Source of the DNA: a virus
Strand: one strand, 5' to 3'
DNA length: 64,000 nt
IMG/VR virus record: IMGVR_UViG_3300035686_000005
Coordinates: 1 to 64,000 of that record
Part shown: positions 50,516-58,202 of the stretch, one piece after another
Position numbering within the stretch: the stretch's first letter is position 1
Layout of the letters: every line of letters begins with the position of its first letter
Notes under the pieces: generated by a model
Databases searched by the model: none
Seen by the model: the letters and a program-made list of their open reading frames with translations, nothing else
What the model was told of the DNA's origin: nothing
Translations under genes and position numbers: made by a program

Positions 50516-53266
50516 ATGCAAACAACACTTTCTCGTTCTGACCTTAACGGTCATCAAACTGCATCTGAAACACAATATGGATATGCCGTCAATCGTAAAG
50601 TAATAGCAAAACCTTTAGATAGAAGCCCTAATTTTTGGACAATCCTAGACGAATGGACAATCGAAACTGAATCTGAAGCGATTAAAGCACAATTGGACGG
50701 GTTTGACGTTATATGGAGTCTTATAGACCGTCAAGAGTTCGCACAAGCGATAAAAGAATTCAAAACTGGTGAGTTTAAAAACGTCAAAGGTAAGCCAACA
50801 GATAGTAAAGGGAGGCGAACGATCGATAATAGTCTAATTAAGTACTGTGACACTGTACTTATCGATTTCGACCTTTGCCCCCTTAGCAGCGTTCCCAAAT
50901 CAATTATAGACCAAAGTTGGTTAATGTGTCCCTCTGCATCTCAGACGACTCCTAGTGCAACGGGGGATGTTAGCAAGATGCATTTTATACATAAGATGCC
51001 CAACCGCATACCCGCTAAGTATGCAGCTGCCTACAGGAAAGCATATTTAGACCGTGTGGCAAACGGACTTGCATACGATGAGAAGTGCATCGACCCTAGA
51101 AGAGAGTTCTATGGTAAAAATCCAGAGTTCACAGATCAAAGATTCTATAAAGTAACTTTAGAGAATCGGATTCCTCTGGAGTTACACACAGAAATTCTAA
51201 CCGAGGTAATGAACCTTGACAGAAAAAATCCGTATGGTAATGTACCTGAGAGTGTTGGTGAATTTCTAGAACTCAACAAAGAACCTAAAACCAAAAAGAG
51301 GGGACGCCCTAAAAAGAATGCAGACATATCTGCATTGGTCGATCAACATCTGTTAAGCTTCTGTGATTTGGAAGAGATCGTAAATGGGTTATTTCCTGAT
51401 AGCACTTGGAATAAAAAGGGATCATCGCCCAATGTTTTCGATCAATACGAGACAGTTAACCCATTAAGACCAGATGCAAAAAATGCTACAGCGTTTGCGA
51501 TCGAACATAGCAGCGAAAGCAATCGGATACTCTGTCATTACAAGGCTAGTGACTTCAACTGTTCGTTGTATGAATTCTATGCACGATACAAATTGTTTCA
51601 GCGTGGTGACTCGGATGCAGAAACCAAAAACATTAAATCATTCGTAAGCGGTAAAGGTTTTGTTGATTTGGTTGGGGATATCTGCAATCAGTTAGGTATC
51701 GATGAGTACGAGTTTCCAGAAGAGAAAAAGAAGAAAAAACCAAAACCCCCAACAGACGTACTCTTGAAAATTGCTGAGAACTTCGATCGGAGTGTTATGA
51801 AGTTCTGCAACCTTAACACTAAAGTCTTCTATTTCATCTATAACCGTAACTCTGGAGTATGGGATTACAACTCATCTTTAACCTGGTATGGTGCTGAATT
51901 AAGACGGCTTCTAGAAGACTTTAACTCACTACTCCTAGAAGAAAATCCGGAGTATCAAGAATTGGAAGAAGGAGAAGTTAGCAAGATGGTTTCGTTCATA
52001 AAAGAACATCATGCTAACAACAATTGGATCTTGTCTCAAATCCCATCATTCAGAAACGAATGGATCGGGTTAAGTGATTGCGATTACAACACTAAAACTA
52101 ACGAGTTTGCAGAGAAAAGCCCAAATCACAATCTGTATTTTCGTTTCTCCTTTTCGCGTAAGGATTTTAATGCAACCATCAACATAAAGCAGCGCTACCT
52201 AGAGGCTTTTGAGTTTGCAACTCAAAACAAAACAACAGCCGAGATTCTTTGGCTCTATAAATGTGCAGAAGTCTTGAAGCTAGGTAAAAAAGCTTGGAGA
52301 GCTTTAGTAGTGTCTGGAGCAAGCCGTACCGGAAAATCATCATTTTGTCGATCGCTCATGTATCTAGAGGCATCGGGTGAGAAAGCTCTAAACGTAATCG
52401 CGGAAGTAAACCAAGATGCTTTAAACACGGATTTTGCATTCAGCCGTGTTAACGCATATACAACGGCGTTGCACTTCCCAGAGTTAAGGTTATACACCAA
52501 ACAGGATGTGAACTGGTTACTTCAAATTGTAGACAGTTCTGGTGGAATAAACATCAATGAAAAGTTCAAGCCGATAGTGAATATTGACAGAGATTTTCCT
52601 GTGTATATGTCCATCCAAGATGACTTTAAGATTCCGGCTGGCAACGTTGGTGTTGAATCTCGTTTGCTTTTTACCGAGATAAAACTGCCAGCCAAAGCAG
52701 GTTTACCAATTGCTGATGGAGGCATATGGTACAAAGAACAAGAAAATATATCTTGGTGTAAGGAACTTAACGACCTATATCACGATCCAGAAATGCAAAA
52801 ACAATTGTTTCTTTGGATTCTTCATAACGAAAACACACAGGACATAGAACGCCGACTTGATGAGTTAGTTGGCTCTAAAGAAATGAAAGATCAACAAAAA
52901 TCAGTTCTAGTCCAAAACTCACCATTAACAGAAATGTTTGAAGAGTATGAGATCGAAGTTACTGGGGATGAAAATGATTTTGTTGTATCTAAGGACTTCA
53001 GAGCGTTAGCCAAGAAACATTTAGAGTCTGAAGAGGGTATGAGTCGTGTGTCCTCTGGTTACGTGTCTGGAGTCATACAAAACCATATTCAGAAAAAGTT
53101 TCCCAATGAGTGGGAAAGCATTAAGAAATATGTAACCAAAGGAGAAAAAATAGATTCATTTATCTGGAAAGATGGTAAATCAATCAGGGTGATTAAAGGA
53201 ATCAGATTTACGCCCAAAAAGATGAATGGAGTCAGGACACAGGAAACGGAGTTAGCTACTTTCTAG
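50516..53266 (+). CDS. primase-polymerase / SF3 (D5-like) helicase
   Basis: 916 aa; Walker A VVSGASRTGKSS in the C-terminal half, DxD-like VLIDFDL in the N-terminal half; divergent from polB. Confidence 0.65.
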   Translation: MQTTLSRSDLNGHQTASETQYGYAVNRKVIAKPLDRSPNFWTILDEWTIETESEAIKAQLDGFDVIWSLIDRQEFAQAIKEFKTGEFKNVKGKPTDSKGRRTIDNSLIKYCDTVLIDFDLCPLSSVPKSIIDQSWLMCPSASQTTPSATGDVSKMHFIHKMPNRIPAKYAAAYRKAYLDRVANGLAYDEKCIDPRREFYGKNPEFTDQRFYKVTLENRIPLELHTEILTEVMNLDRKNPYGNVPESVGEFLELNKEPKTKKRGRPKKNADISALVDQHLLSFCDLEEIVNGLFPDSTWNKKGSSPNVFDQYETVNPLRPDAKNATAFAIEHSSESNRILCHYKASDFNCSLYEFYARYKLFQRGDSDAETKNIKSFVSGKGFVDLVGDICNQLGIDEYEFPEEKKKKKPKPPTDVLLKIAENFDRSVMKFCNLNTKVFYFIYNRNSGVWDYNSSLTWYGAELRRLLEDFNSLLLEENPEYQELEEGEVSKMVSFIKEHHANNNWILSQIPSFRNEWIGLSDCDYNTKTNEFAEKSPNHNLYFRFSFSRKDFNATINIKQRYLEAFEFATQNKTTAEILWLYKCAEVLKLGKKAWRALVVSGASRTGKSSFCRSLMYLEASGEKALNVIAEVNQDALNTDFAFSRVNAYTTALHFPELRLYTKQDVNWLLQIVDSSGGININEKFKPIVNIDRDFPVYMSIQDDFKIPAGNVGVESRLLFTEIKLPAKAGLPIADGGIWYKEQENISWCKELNDLYHDPEMQKQLFLWILHNENTQDIERRLDELVGSKEMKDQQKSVLVQNSPLTEMFEEYEIEVTGDENDFVVSKDFRALAKKHLESEEGMSRVSSGYVSGVIQNHIQKKFPNEWESIKKYVTKGEKIDSFIWKDGKSIRVIKGIRFTPKKMNGVRTQETELATF
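51148..51160. repeat. TAAAGTWACTTTA copy (W=A)
   Basis: perfect; inside the primase/helicase gene (YKVTLEN). Confidence 0.95.
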
Positions 53267-53272
53267 CTGCTT

Positions 53273-53285
53273 TAAAGTAACTTTA
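53273..53285. repeat. TAAAGTWACTTTA copy (W=A)
   Basis: perfect; 6 nt after stop 53266, before hairpin 53295-53322. Confidence 0.95.
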
Positions 53286-53294
53286 GAAAATAAA

Positions 53295-53322
53295 AGATCC
53301 GGATTGCATATGATCCGGATCT
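53295..53322. terminator. bidirectional hairpin between convergent genes
   Basis: AGATCCGGA...TCCGGATCT 9-bp stem, A/T-rich flanks on both sides. Confidence 0.55.
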
Positions 53323-53381
53323 ATTTCAGTATGCATCCTTAGTAAGGTTCTATCATATCACAAACGTTGATTAAAGTCGTT

Positions 53382-53801
53382 TTAACGTTCAGTAACCAAC
53401 TTATAAGCTTCAATCAAACATCTGATCATAGGACTTTCTACACCAACACCTTCCCACCATTTAAACGATTTAGTTTTGGCGTAAGTCTTGTGTTCGCAAG
53501 TTGCTAGCCATTCAACACCACCTCTTTTTGTTATTTCTTCTACCAATTCTGGATATTGTTCAAATTTAGCAACCGCTATTTTTACATACAATTTAAGCTT
53601 GTTTTCTTCTCCATTCACTTTACTTTTGAAAGTCTTATAAGCGGCTTCTGCATCTGGATAAACTTTCCCGTTTTTGTCTCTTATTGGAAATTGTTTATCA
53701 ATCCGTCTCTTTCTATAGCTTAAAGTGGTAGGGAACGTCAATGAAGCACCGAGTTTATCATTACTCCCAGAATATATGTTAATAGGTTGAAATTTGTCCA
53801 T
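53382..53801 (-). CDS. NADAR/YbiA-like protein (tentative)
   Basis: INIYSGSNDKLGASLTFP.., ..YPDAEAAYKTFK.., ..KFEQYPELVEEITKRG.., WWEGVG loosely follow the NADAR motif order; single gene bracketed by motifs 53273 and 53851. Confidence 0.35.
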   Translation of the reverse strand: MDKFQPINIYSGSNDKLGASLTFPTTLSYRKRRIDKQFPIRDKNGKVYPDAEAAYKTFKSKVNGEENKLKLYVKIAVAKFEQYPELVEEITKRGGVEWLATCEHKTYAKTKSFKWWEGVGVESPMIRCLIEAYKLVTER

Positions 53802-53850
53802 CTTTAAAAATAAATTACGATATAAATCATTATAGCTACAAATTTAACCA

Positions 53851-53863
53851 TAAAGTTACTTTA
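53851..53863. repeat. TAAAGTWACTTTA copy (W=T)
   Basis: perfect; between terminator 53864-53895 and start 53801 (minus strand). Confidence 0.95.
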
Positions 53864-53895
53864 ATAAAGAAAAACACCCCAACCAATAGGGGTGT
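53864..53895 (-). terminator. intrinsic terminator
   Basis: minus strand ACACCCC...GGGGTGT followed by TTTTTCTTTAT. Confidence 0.65.
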
Positions 53896-53935
53896 CAGTA
53901 AGAGATATTTTTTGGCTACAAATCTTTGGTTGTTC

Positions 53936-54406
53936 CTATGATAGTACAATCTCCGAGTTTGTGCAATTGGTTTTAGACACAATTACTAAAACCGCCAAAA
54001 GCCTATCTTGCAGATTACGACCAAATAACCATTCGGATTCTTCATAATCTTCATTCTGGAGATCCCAACAAATTTGAAACTTGCCCTCAAATTCTCGGAT
54101 CTGAATTTCTGACCCTTTGTAACTAAATTGACAATATGTGATGTTTTTGCCGTCTGTGTAGTATTGGAACTGATGCTTGGCTGTCAACTCTTCGATAATT
54201 CTCATGTCCAAGTAGGATACCAAGAGTTGTCTGAACCTGGTAAGAAGTGTTTTCATCCTTTCACTCTCTATTATCGCTTCATCTGCCACACCCCTTTCAA
54301 AACCCGCTTGGAGGCTTCTGTATTTTTGATCGATCAATTCATCAAGAAAACTTTTTCCGTCCTGTACAGATTCATTCATATGGCTTAAATTGAATACATC
54401 ACTCAA
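53936..54406 (-). CDS. hypothetical protein
   Basis: 156-aa ORF; terminator 53864-53895 downstream. Confidence 0.55.
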   Translation of the reverse strand: MSDVFNLSHMNESVQDGKSFLDELIDQKYRSLQAGFERGVADEAIIESERMKTLLTRFRQLLVSYLDMRIIEELTAKHQFQYYTDGKNITYCQFSYKGSEIQIREFEGKFQICWDLQNEDYEESEWLFGRNLQDRLLAVLVIVSKTNCTNSEIVLS

Positions 54407-54426
54407 TTATATACCACAGTTAGACC

Positions 54427-54454
54427 AAAAATAAACCCCCTCGATTTGAGGGGG
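54427..54454 (-). terminator. intrinsic terminator
   Basis: minus strand CCCCCTC-AAATC-GAGGGGG followed by TTTATTTTT; same stem-loop as 3858-3876. Confidence 0.7.
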
Positions 54455-54461
54455 TAAACTC

Positions 54462-54474
54462 TAAAGTTACTTTA
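54462..54474. repeat. TAAAGTWACTTTA copy (W=T)
   Basis: perfect; 10 nt after stop 54485 (minus strand), before terminator. Confidence 0.95.
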
Positions 54475-54484
54475 GAGACGGTTT

Positions 54485-55231
54485 CTATAGAGGGCTAACT
54501 CCATACAATACCGGACTTTCATCTCCGAAGTCATAACTTGTGTATGGTTCTAATGATTTCACATCTTTGAAGTTGTTCTGAAACCAAACTAGAATGGCTT
54601 GCATGGCTTCAGAATTCGTAAGTGGTAAATTGTTTCTAACACAATAAAAATCGATTGATTGTTTAATTTTAGAGATAGGCGTATACACAGTCACATCGCC
54701 CAACTGAAGATGATACATGTTGTTAAGATACTCCGCAACATAGTCTATACCTTGATTAGGCGTTTGTATTTTTTTGGCTGGAGACTGCAAACCGCTAATT
54801 TTGGAAGCGTTAGTGTAAACTACACCTTCTAAGACGTTTTCTTCCAATTCTTGATTGTATTGTACAATTGTGTCCCAATCGATAGCGGGATTGTGTTGTT
54901 TTGCCCAAAGCTCAATTGCATCGTCAATCTCTTTAAAAGAGAAGAATTCATCTAAATTATTAAGATGCTCGGCTATCTTATTGCGAGTAAACTTTAAACC
55001 AGTACTAAACGACATATTCGGCATGTATTTAAAGTTGCAATCAAGGTAAGTAATTGCCAATTTTACACAGTTTGACAATTGCGGTTGTGTTTTCTCTGGC
55101 ACGTCTACCTCAGTGTCAATCGCGCTATCATCGCCTATACCCAGCATCTTACATAGATACTCTGCAACATCGTTACTGCCCTCTCTACGAGCTTCTAGGA
55201 TTAATCTGCAAATATCAATTACTTCTTGCAT
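54485..55231 (-). CDS. hypothetical protein
   Basis: 248-aa ORF followed by motif 54462 and terminator 54427-54454. Confidence 0.55.
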   Translation of the reverse strand: MQEVIDICRLILEARREGSNDVAEYLCKMLGIGDDSAIDTEVDVPEKTQPQLSNCVKLAITYLDCNFKYMPNMSFSTGLKFTRNKIAEHLNNLDEFFSFKEIDDAIELWAKQHNPAIDWDTIVQYNQELEENVLEGVVYTNASKISGLQSPAKKIQTPNQGIDYVAEYLNNMYHLQLGDVTVYTPISKIKQSIDFYCVRNNLPLTNSEAMQAILVWFQNNFKDVKSLEPYTSYDFGDESPVLYGVSPL

Positions 55232-55300
55232 TGCTGTCTATTACCAAATCAGTGAATGTATTTAGTATAAATATATTTTTAAGTTATTGCAAGTATTCAG

Positions 55301-55313
55301 TAAAGTTACTTTA
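55301..55313. repeat. TAAAGTWACTTTA copy (W=T)
   Basis: perfect; directly after terminator 55313-55347 (minus strand), upstream of start 55231. Confidence 0.95.
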
Positions 55314-55347
55314 AAAACAGAAGAGATCCGCTATTAAACGGATCTCT
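55313..55347 (-). terminator. intrinsic terminator
   Basis: AGAGATCCG...CGGATCTCT 9-bp stem, TCTGTTTTT on the minus strand. Confidence 0.65.
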
Positions 55348-55409
55348 GACAGTCCCTATCTTTGGCTACTTGAAACCTAACGGAATTGAGACATCACATA
55401 TTTACCTCA

Positions 55410-55453
55410 ATAACATTATAACCTAATTCTGGATAACATTATAACCTAATTCT
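55410..55453. repeat. 21-bp tandem duplication ATAACATTATAACCTAATTCT (period 23)
   Basis: 55410-55430 and 55433-55453; the second copy covers the stop of 55446-55850. Confidence 0.85.
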
Positions 55454-55850
55454 CGTTATCCAGTTTAAAAATTCTTTTCAGTTCCTCTCTTTTGATTGCA
55501 TATTGGCGCTTCTCTCTTGCAACCATCCAGCATTCTAAAAAGGCTTTAATTCTATCCCGCGTATTCTCACCCTCAACAATTACGCCGACATTGAAAGATG
55601 ACGCTAACATATCCATTGCGTTGCTAATAATAAATGCTGCCATGATACGCTTCATTAATCTGGCAGATGCATATAACTCTAAACTCTTAACACCCACCTC
55701 AGCAGTTGGCATCATACCGTTTAAAGTCTTATAAGCCAGTTCTAAATGATTTTGATCAGATGGTATCAGCTCCTCTATGACTTCTGATAAGAAGTCGGCT
55801 ATTTCCTGATCCTTTACTCTCGGCTGATATTCTTCAGATTCGGGATGCAT
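55446..55850 (-). CDS. hypothetical protein
   Basis: 134-aa ORF; its 3' end lies in a 21-bp tandem duplication. Confidence 0.55.
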   Translation of the reverse strand: MHPESEEYQPRVKDQEIADFLSEVIEELIPSDQNHLELAYKTLNGMMPTAEVGVKSLELYASARLMKRIMAAFIISNAMDMLASSFNVGVIVEGENTRDRIKAFLECWMVAREKRQYAIKREELKRIFKLDNEN

Positions 55851-55865
55851 ACTTGTACTCTACTC

Positions 55866-55878
55866 TAAAGTAACTTTA
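55866..55878. repeat. TAAAGTWACTTTA copy (W=A)
   Basis: perfect; 15 nt upstream of ATG 55850 (minus strand). Confidence 0.95.
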
Positions 55879-55907
55879 ATAAAAATCCTACATACGGGAT
55901 GTAGGAT
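55878..55907 (-). terminator. intrinsic terminator
   Basis: ATCCTACAT...ATGTAGGAT 9-bp stem, TTTTATT on the minus strand. Confidence 0.6.
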
Positions 55908-55965
55908 CTGAAAATAATGATTCATCTAATTCATACTACCAGTATACGTTATATTTATCAAGTTG

Positions 55966-55974
55966 TGTTATAAT
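55966..55974 (+). promoter_or_regulatory. extended -10 element TGTTATAAT
   Basis: 25 nt upstream of ATG 56000. Confidence 0.45.
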
Positions 55975-55999
55975 CCCTTCAACTACAAACGGAGCATAT

Positions 56000-56215
56000 A
56001 TGATCGGAGAAGCTAGCAGCACATTGATTAAGTTCGGAGAATTTACCTTTGTGATATATCGAGAAAATAGGGGAATATTAGAATTTTTAAAGAATTTTGA
56101 AAGAGATGAATGGACACACGATATAAGTAAAGCCGCCAGATTTGCAGCATATGAAACGGCATATGATAAAGCACATGAGAAAAACGGATATCCCGGAGTA
56201 GTAACGATGAGCTGA
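56000..56215 (+). CDS. hypothetical small protein
   Basis: 71 aa with GGAG 5 nt upstream, extended -10 TGTTATAAT (55966-55974) and its own terminator 56262-56295; preferred over the antisense hydrophobic ORF 55936-56241. Confidence 0.5.
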   Translation: MIGEASSTLIKFGEFTFVIYRENRGILEFLKNFERDEWTHDISKAARFAAYETAYDKAHEKNGYPGVVTMS

Positions 56216-56261
56216 GCTATAATGGAACACAGGAACACCAATTTCTCCTTTTCGACAGTTT

Positions 56262-56295
56262 ACCCGCTAGCGCTCTGTTAGCGGGTTTATTTTTA
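56262..56295 (+). terminator. intrinsic terminator of the lone + gene 56000-56215
   Basis: ACCCGCTA...TAGCGGGT followed by TTATTTTTA. Confidence 0.65.
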
Positions 56296-56331
56296 TCCAC
56301 AAATAGAGCCGTTTCCAATAGGTATCGGCTC

Positions 56332-56344
56332 TAAAGTTACTTTA
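56332..56344. repeat. TAAAGTWACTTTA copy (W=T)
   Basis: perfect; 7 nt after stop 56352 (minus strand). Confidence 0.95.
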
Positions 56345-56351
56345 TAAAATC

Positions 56352-57323
56352 TTAATCGTGACACAAACAAGATATATCAGTGTCTTCACCATCTTCTGTA
56401 TTTTCGTTAAGATATTCGGTGTAATTTTTGCCAGAAATAAAAGTTCTCCCGGTAGCTTTTTCTTTATCTACCCACCAATTAATTTTTTTAGGGTATTGTT
56501 CATATTGAATCCTTTGTTCGTATGGTGTATGCCAAAAGCAAAAATCACAATTGCCTACTTCTGGAAATTCCCATTGTCTAGTTAAATCCCAATAATCGTG
56601 AACATCTTTAGTTGTTACTCCGTATTCCCATAATGGAAATTGCCTAAACCGCCACTCTAATTTATTAACAATCCTATGTTTGTTCCTATATTTGCCTTTA
56701 ATATCGCACTTAATTGATATATCTAAAGGTTCACATCCACCAGCGTTAGACCAATCCCATTTTTTATTTATCTTATCCCAATCAGCTAAGCTTCTATAGA
56801 CTCTTCTAGATTCATCTGCTCTAAATCCTATATTCATTTGAATTGGTGTGACAGTTAAATTACCTTGGCTATCTGTCACAGGATTTAAAACATTGTTGTA
56901 ACACCAAAAAAAGACGGGTTTTATTTTCATTTCCACAGTACAAAACCTAGTTGTTTTGTTGGGTAATGCCTTTTTCCTGTCAATCAAGGAATCAAAATCC
57001 TCACCCCATACCCAATTTATCTCCTTTCCTAAGTACTGCTCTAATCTGAGTATGTTTATCAATGTTTGATCCAATTCTCGGCTTCCCTCAAAATGTGGGC
57101 ATTTATTTATAATGTCTCTTAATAATCCTTTATCTTGAATTCGACAATTCTTATCTTTAGTTAAAACAATTGCAAATACATAATAGTCTGTCGGATAATG
57201 AATAGCCATATATGAACTAGAACGACCTCCGCTCAAACTGGTAACACTAACTTCAGCTAGATCTTTGGTATTCTTTAAAATACTCATTGCGCTTTGTTTG
57301 TCGGCGTCTTGTTGTTTAACCAT
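56352..57323 (-). CDS. PP-loop ATPase, PAPS-reductase-like
   Basis: VTSLSGGRSSSYMA matches the SGGxDS PP-loop; C-terminal Cys cluster CDFCFWH. Confidence 0.65.
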   Translation of the reverse strand: MVKQQDADKQSAMSILKNTKDLAEVSVTSLSGGRSSSYMAIHYPTDYYVFAIVLTKDKNCRIQDKGLLRDIINKCPHFEGSRELDQTLINILRLEQYLGKEINWVWGEDFDSLIDRKKALPNKTTRFCTVEMKIKPVFFWCYNNVLNPVTDSQGNLTVTPIQMNIGFRADESRRVYRSLADWDKINKKWDWSNAGGCEPLDISIKCDIKGKYRNKHRIVNKLEWRFRQFPLWEYGVTTKDVHDYWDLTRQWEFPEVGNCDFCFWHTPYEQRIQYEQYPKKINWWVDKEKATGRTFISGKNYTEYLNENTEDGEDTDISCLCHD

Positions 57324-57387
57324 AATATCTCTCAGTGAATATTGTATTCATTATAATTTAAAACAAATTGATGTACAACAAAGACAA

Positions 57388-57400
57388 TAAAGTAACTTTA
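57388..57400. repeat. TAAAGTWACTTTA copy (W=A)
   Basis: perfect; directly after terminator 57401-57428 (minus strand), upstream of start 57323. Confidence 0.95.
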
Positions 57401-57428
57401 GAAAAAAAAGCTCCCATTGTTGGGAGCT
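57401..57428 (-). terminator. intrinsic terminator
   Basis: AGCTCCCA-ACAA-TGGGAGCT followed by T8 on the minus strand. Confidence 0.7.
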
Positions 57429-57495
57429 GTAGTCTTTAAGGGTGCGTAGTTGCATCTTCTGAGACATCATCTACTCTTACCATTATAATATAAAG

Positions 57496-57579
57496 ATTGG
57501 GAAGAGTATAAATACTGATGTTATACTAAAGTCAAGATTCTGAATAGCCGACCGTAGGAACGTCAAGCCTACGGTTTTT
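57496..57579 (+). ncRNA. candidate small RNA (about 80 nt)
   Basis: GAGACA-N17-TATAAT (57461-57489) upstream, internal AGTATA/TATACT hairpin, terminator 57552-57579, no ORF; antisense to the surrounding gene orientation. Confidence 0.3.
57552..57579 (+). terminator. intrinsic terminator on the + strand within a minus-strand block
   Basis: CCGTAGG...CCTACGG followed by TTTTT. Confidence 0.55.
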
Positions 57580-57584
57580 GTTGC

Positions 57585-57609
57585 AAAAAATGCCCCCATT
57601 GCTGGGGGC
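57585..57609 (-). terminator. intrinsic terminator
   Basis: GCCCCC-AGCAAT-GGGGGC followed by TTTTTT on the minus strand; loop identical to that of 477-498. Confidence 0.65.
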
Positions 57610-57634
57610 TTCTACGCTTTATCAGAGTATCATT

Positions 57635-58081
57635 CTATTCTATCTCTATCCCGTTCATATAGAGAAACTCGGTGAATCTGTCCTTGTCTTCATAGCCCTC
57701 AAATGCTCCTGTTAGCGGCTTATCCTTCTTAGATGAACCCATACTAAAGCCATCAACACCTAAGTACAAAACAGCTTGGTTGAGATTCTTCTCGGTAACT
57801 TTCCAGCTTTCTAGATATTTATTGGACTTGAACGGGATAATTTCCCAGTCAAAAGCATTACAGATATCTATAAACTGAGAAAGATATAAATCCCAATCGC
57901 CCCCCTTACGAGTCTTTAGATGAGGATTGACCATAGGAAGGCGTTCTGTGTCCTTTGTTGTCTTCTTAGTGCCTTCATGGCTCTCTGAGTAGGCAACCAT
58001 AGCTTGATTAAGCTTCCATCCATTCTCAGGAGTGGGGTTAGCTTTAAATTCTACAAACAGTTGATCGATGTTCATAACCAA
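57635..58081 (-). CDS. hypothetical protein
   Basis: 148-aa ORF; terminator 57585-57609. Confidence 0.55.
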   Translation of the reverse strand: MVMNIDQLFVEFKANPTPENGWKLNQAMVAYSESHEGTKKTTKDTERLPMVNPHLKTRKGGDWDLYLSQFIDICNAFDWEIIPFKSNKYLESWKVTEKNLNQAVLYLGVDGFSMGSSKKDKPLTGAFEGYEDKDRFTEFLYMNGIEIE

Positions 58082-58136
58082 AAAATCTCTAGTACTCTTC
58101 GAGTGTATTCGGTGTGAATACAGTTGTCAAGACCTC

Positions 58137-58149
58137 TAAAGTAACTTTA
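58137..58149. repeat. TAAAGTWACTTTA copy (W=A)
   Basis: perfect; forms a 13-bp perfect inverted pair with 58178-58190 around hairpin 58158-58175. Confidence 0.95.
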
Positions 58150-58150
58150 T

Positions 58151-58175
58151 AAAAAATGCCCCCCTTATGGGAGGC
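58151..58175 (-). terminator. intrinsic terminator
   Basis: GCCTCCC-ATAA-GGGGGGC followed by T-run on the minus strand; flanked by two motif copies. Confidence 0.6.
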
Positions 58176-58177
58176 TC

Positions 58178-58190
58178 TAAAGTTACTTTA
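58178..58190. repeat. TAAAGTWACTTTA copy (W=T)
   Basis: perfect; 12 nt after stop 58203 (minus strand). Confidence 0.95.
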
Positions 58191-58202
58191 TAAAGTCAGG
58201 AA

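Noticed and set aside
55936-56241. Antisense or embedded ORFs from the track, for example 1001-1315, 4190-4626, 6105-6374, 25-25.3 kb, 31602-31982, 34210-34722, 41739-42140, 42493-42789, 55936-56241 and 60768-60968
   Set aside because: They lie opposite to or within longer ORFs that have recognisable domains. They have a hydrophobic or Ser/Leu/Arg-rich antisense-type composition and lack start-site signals.
58137-58190. Motif pairs as terminal inverted repeats of a MITE-like mobile element
   Set aside because: Only some pairs are inverted with respect to the central base. Spacing ranges from 28 bp to more than 2 kb, and the enclosed DNA is ordinary genes or terminators. No target-site duplications or transposase were seen.
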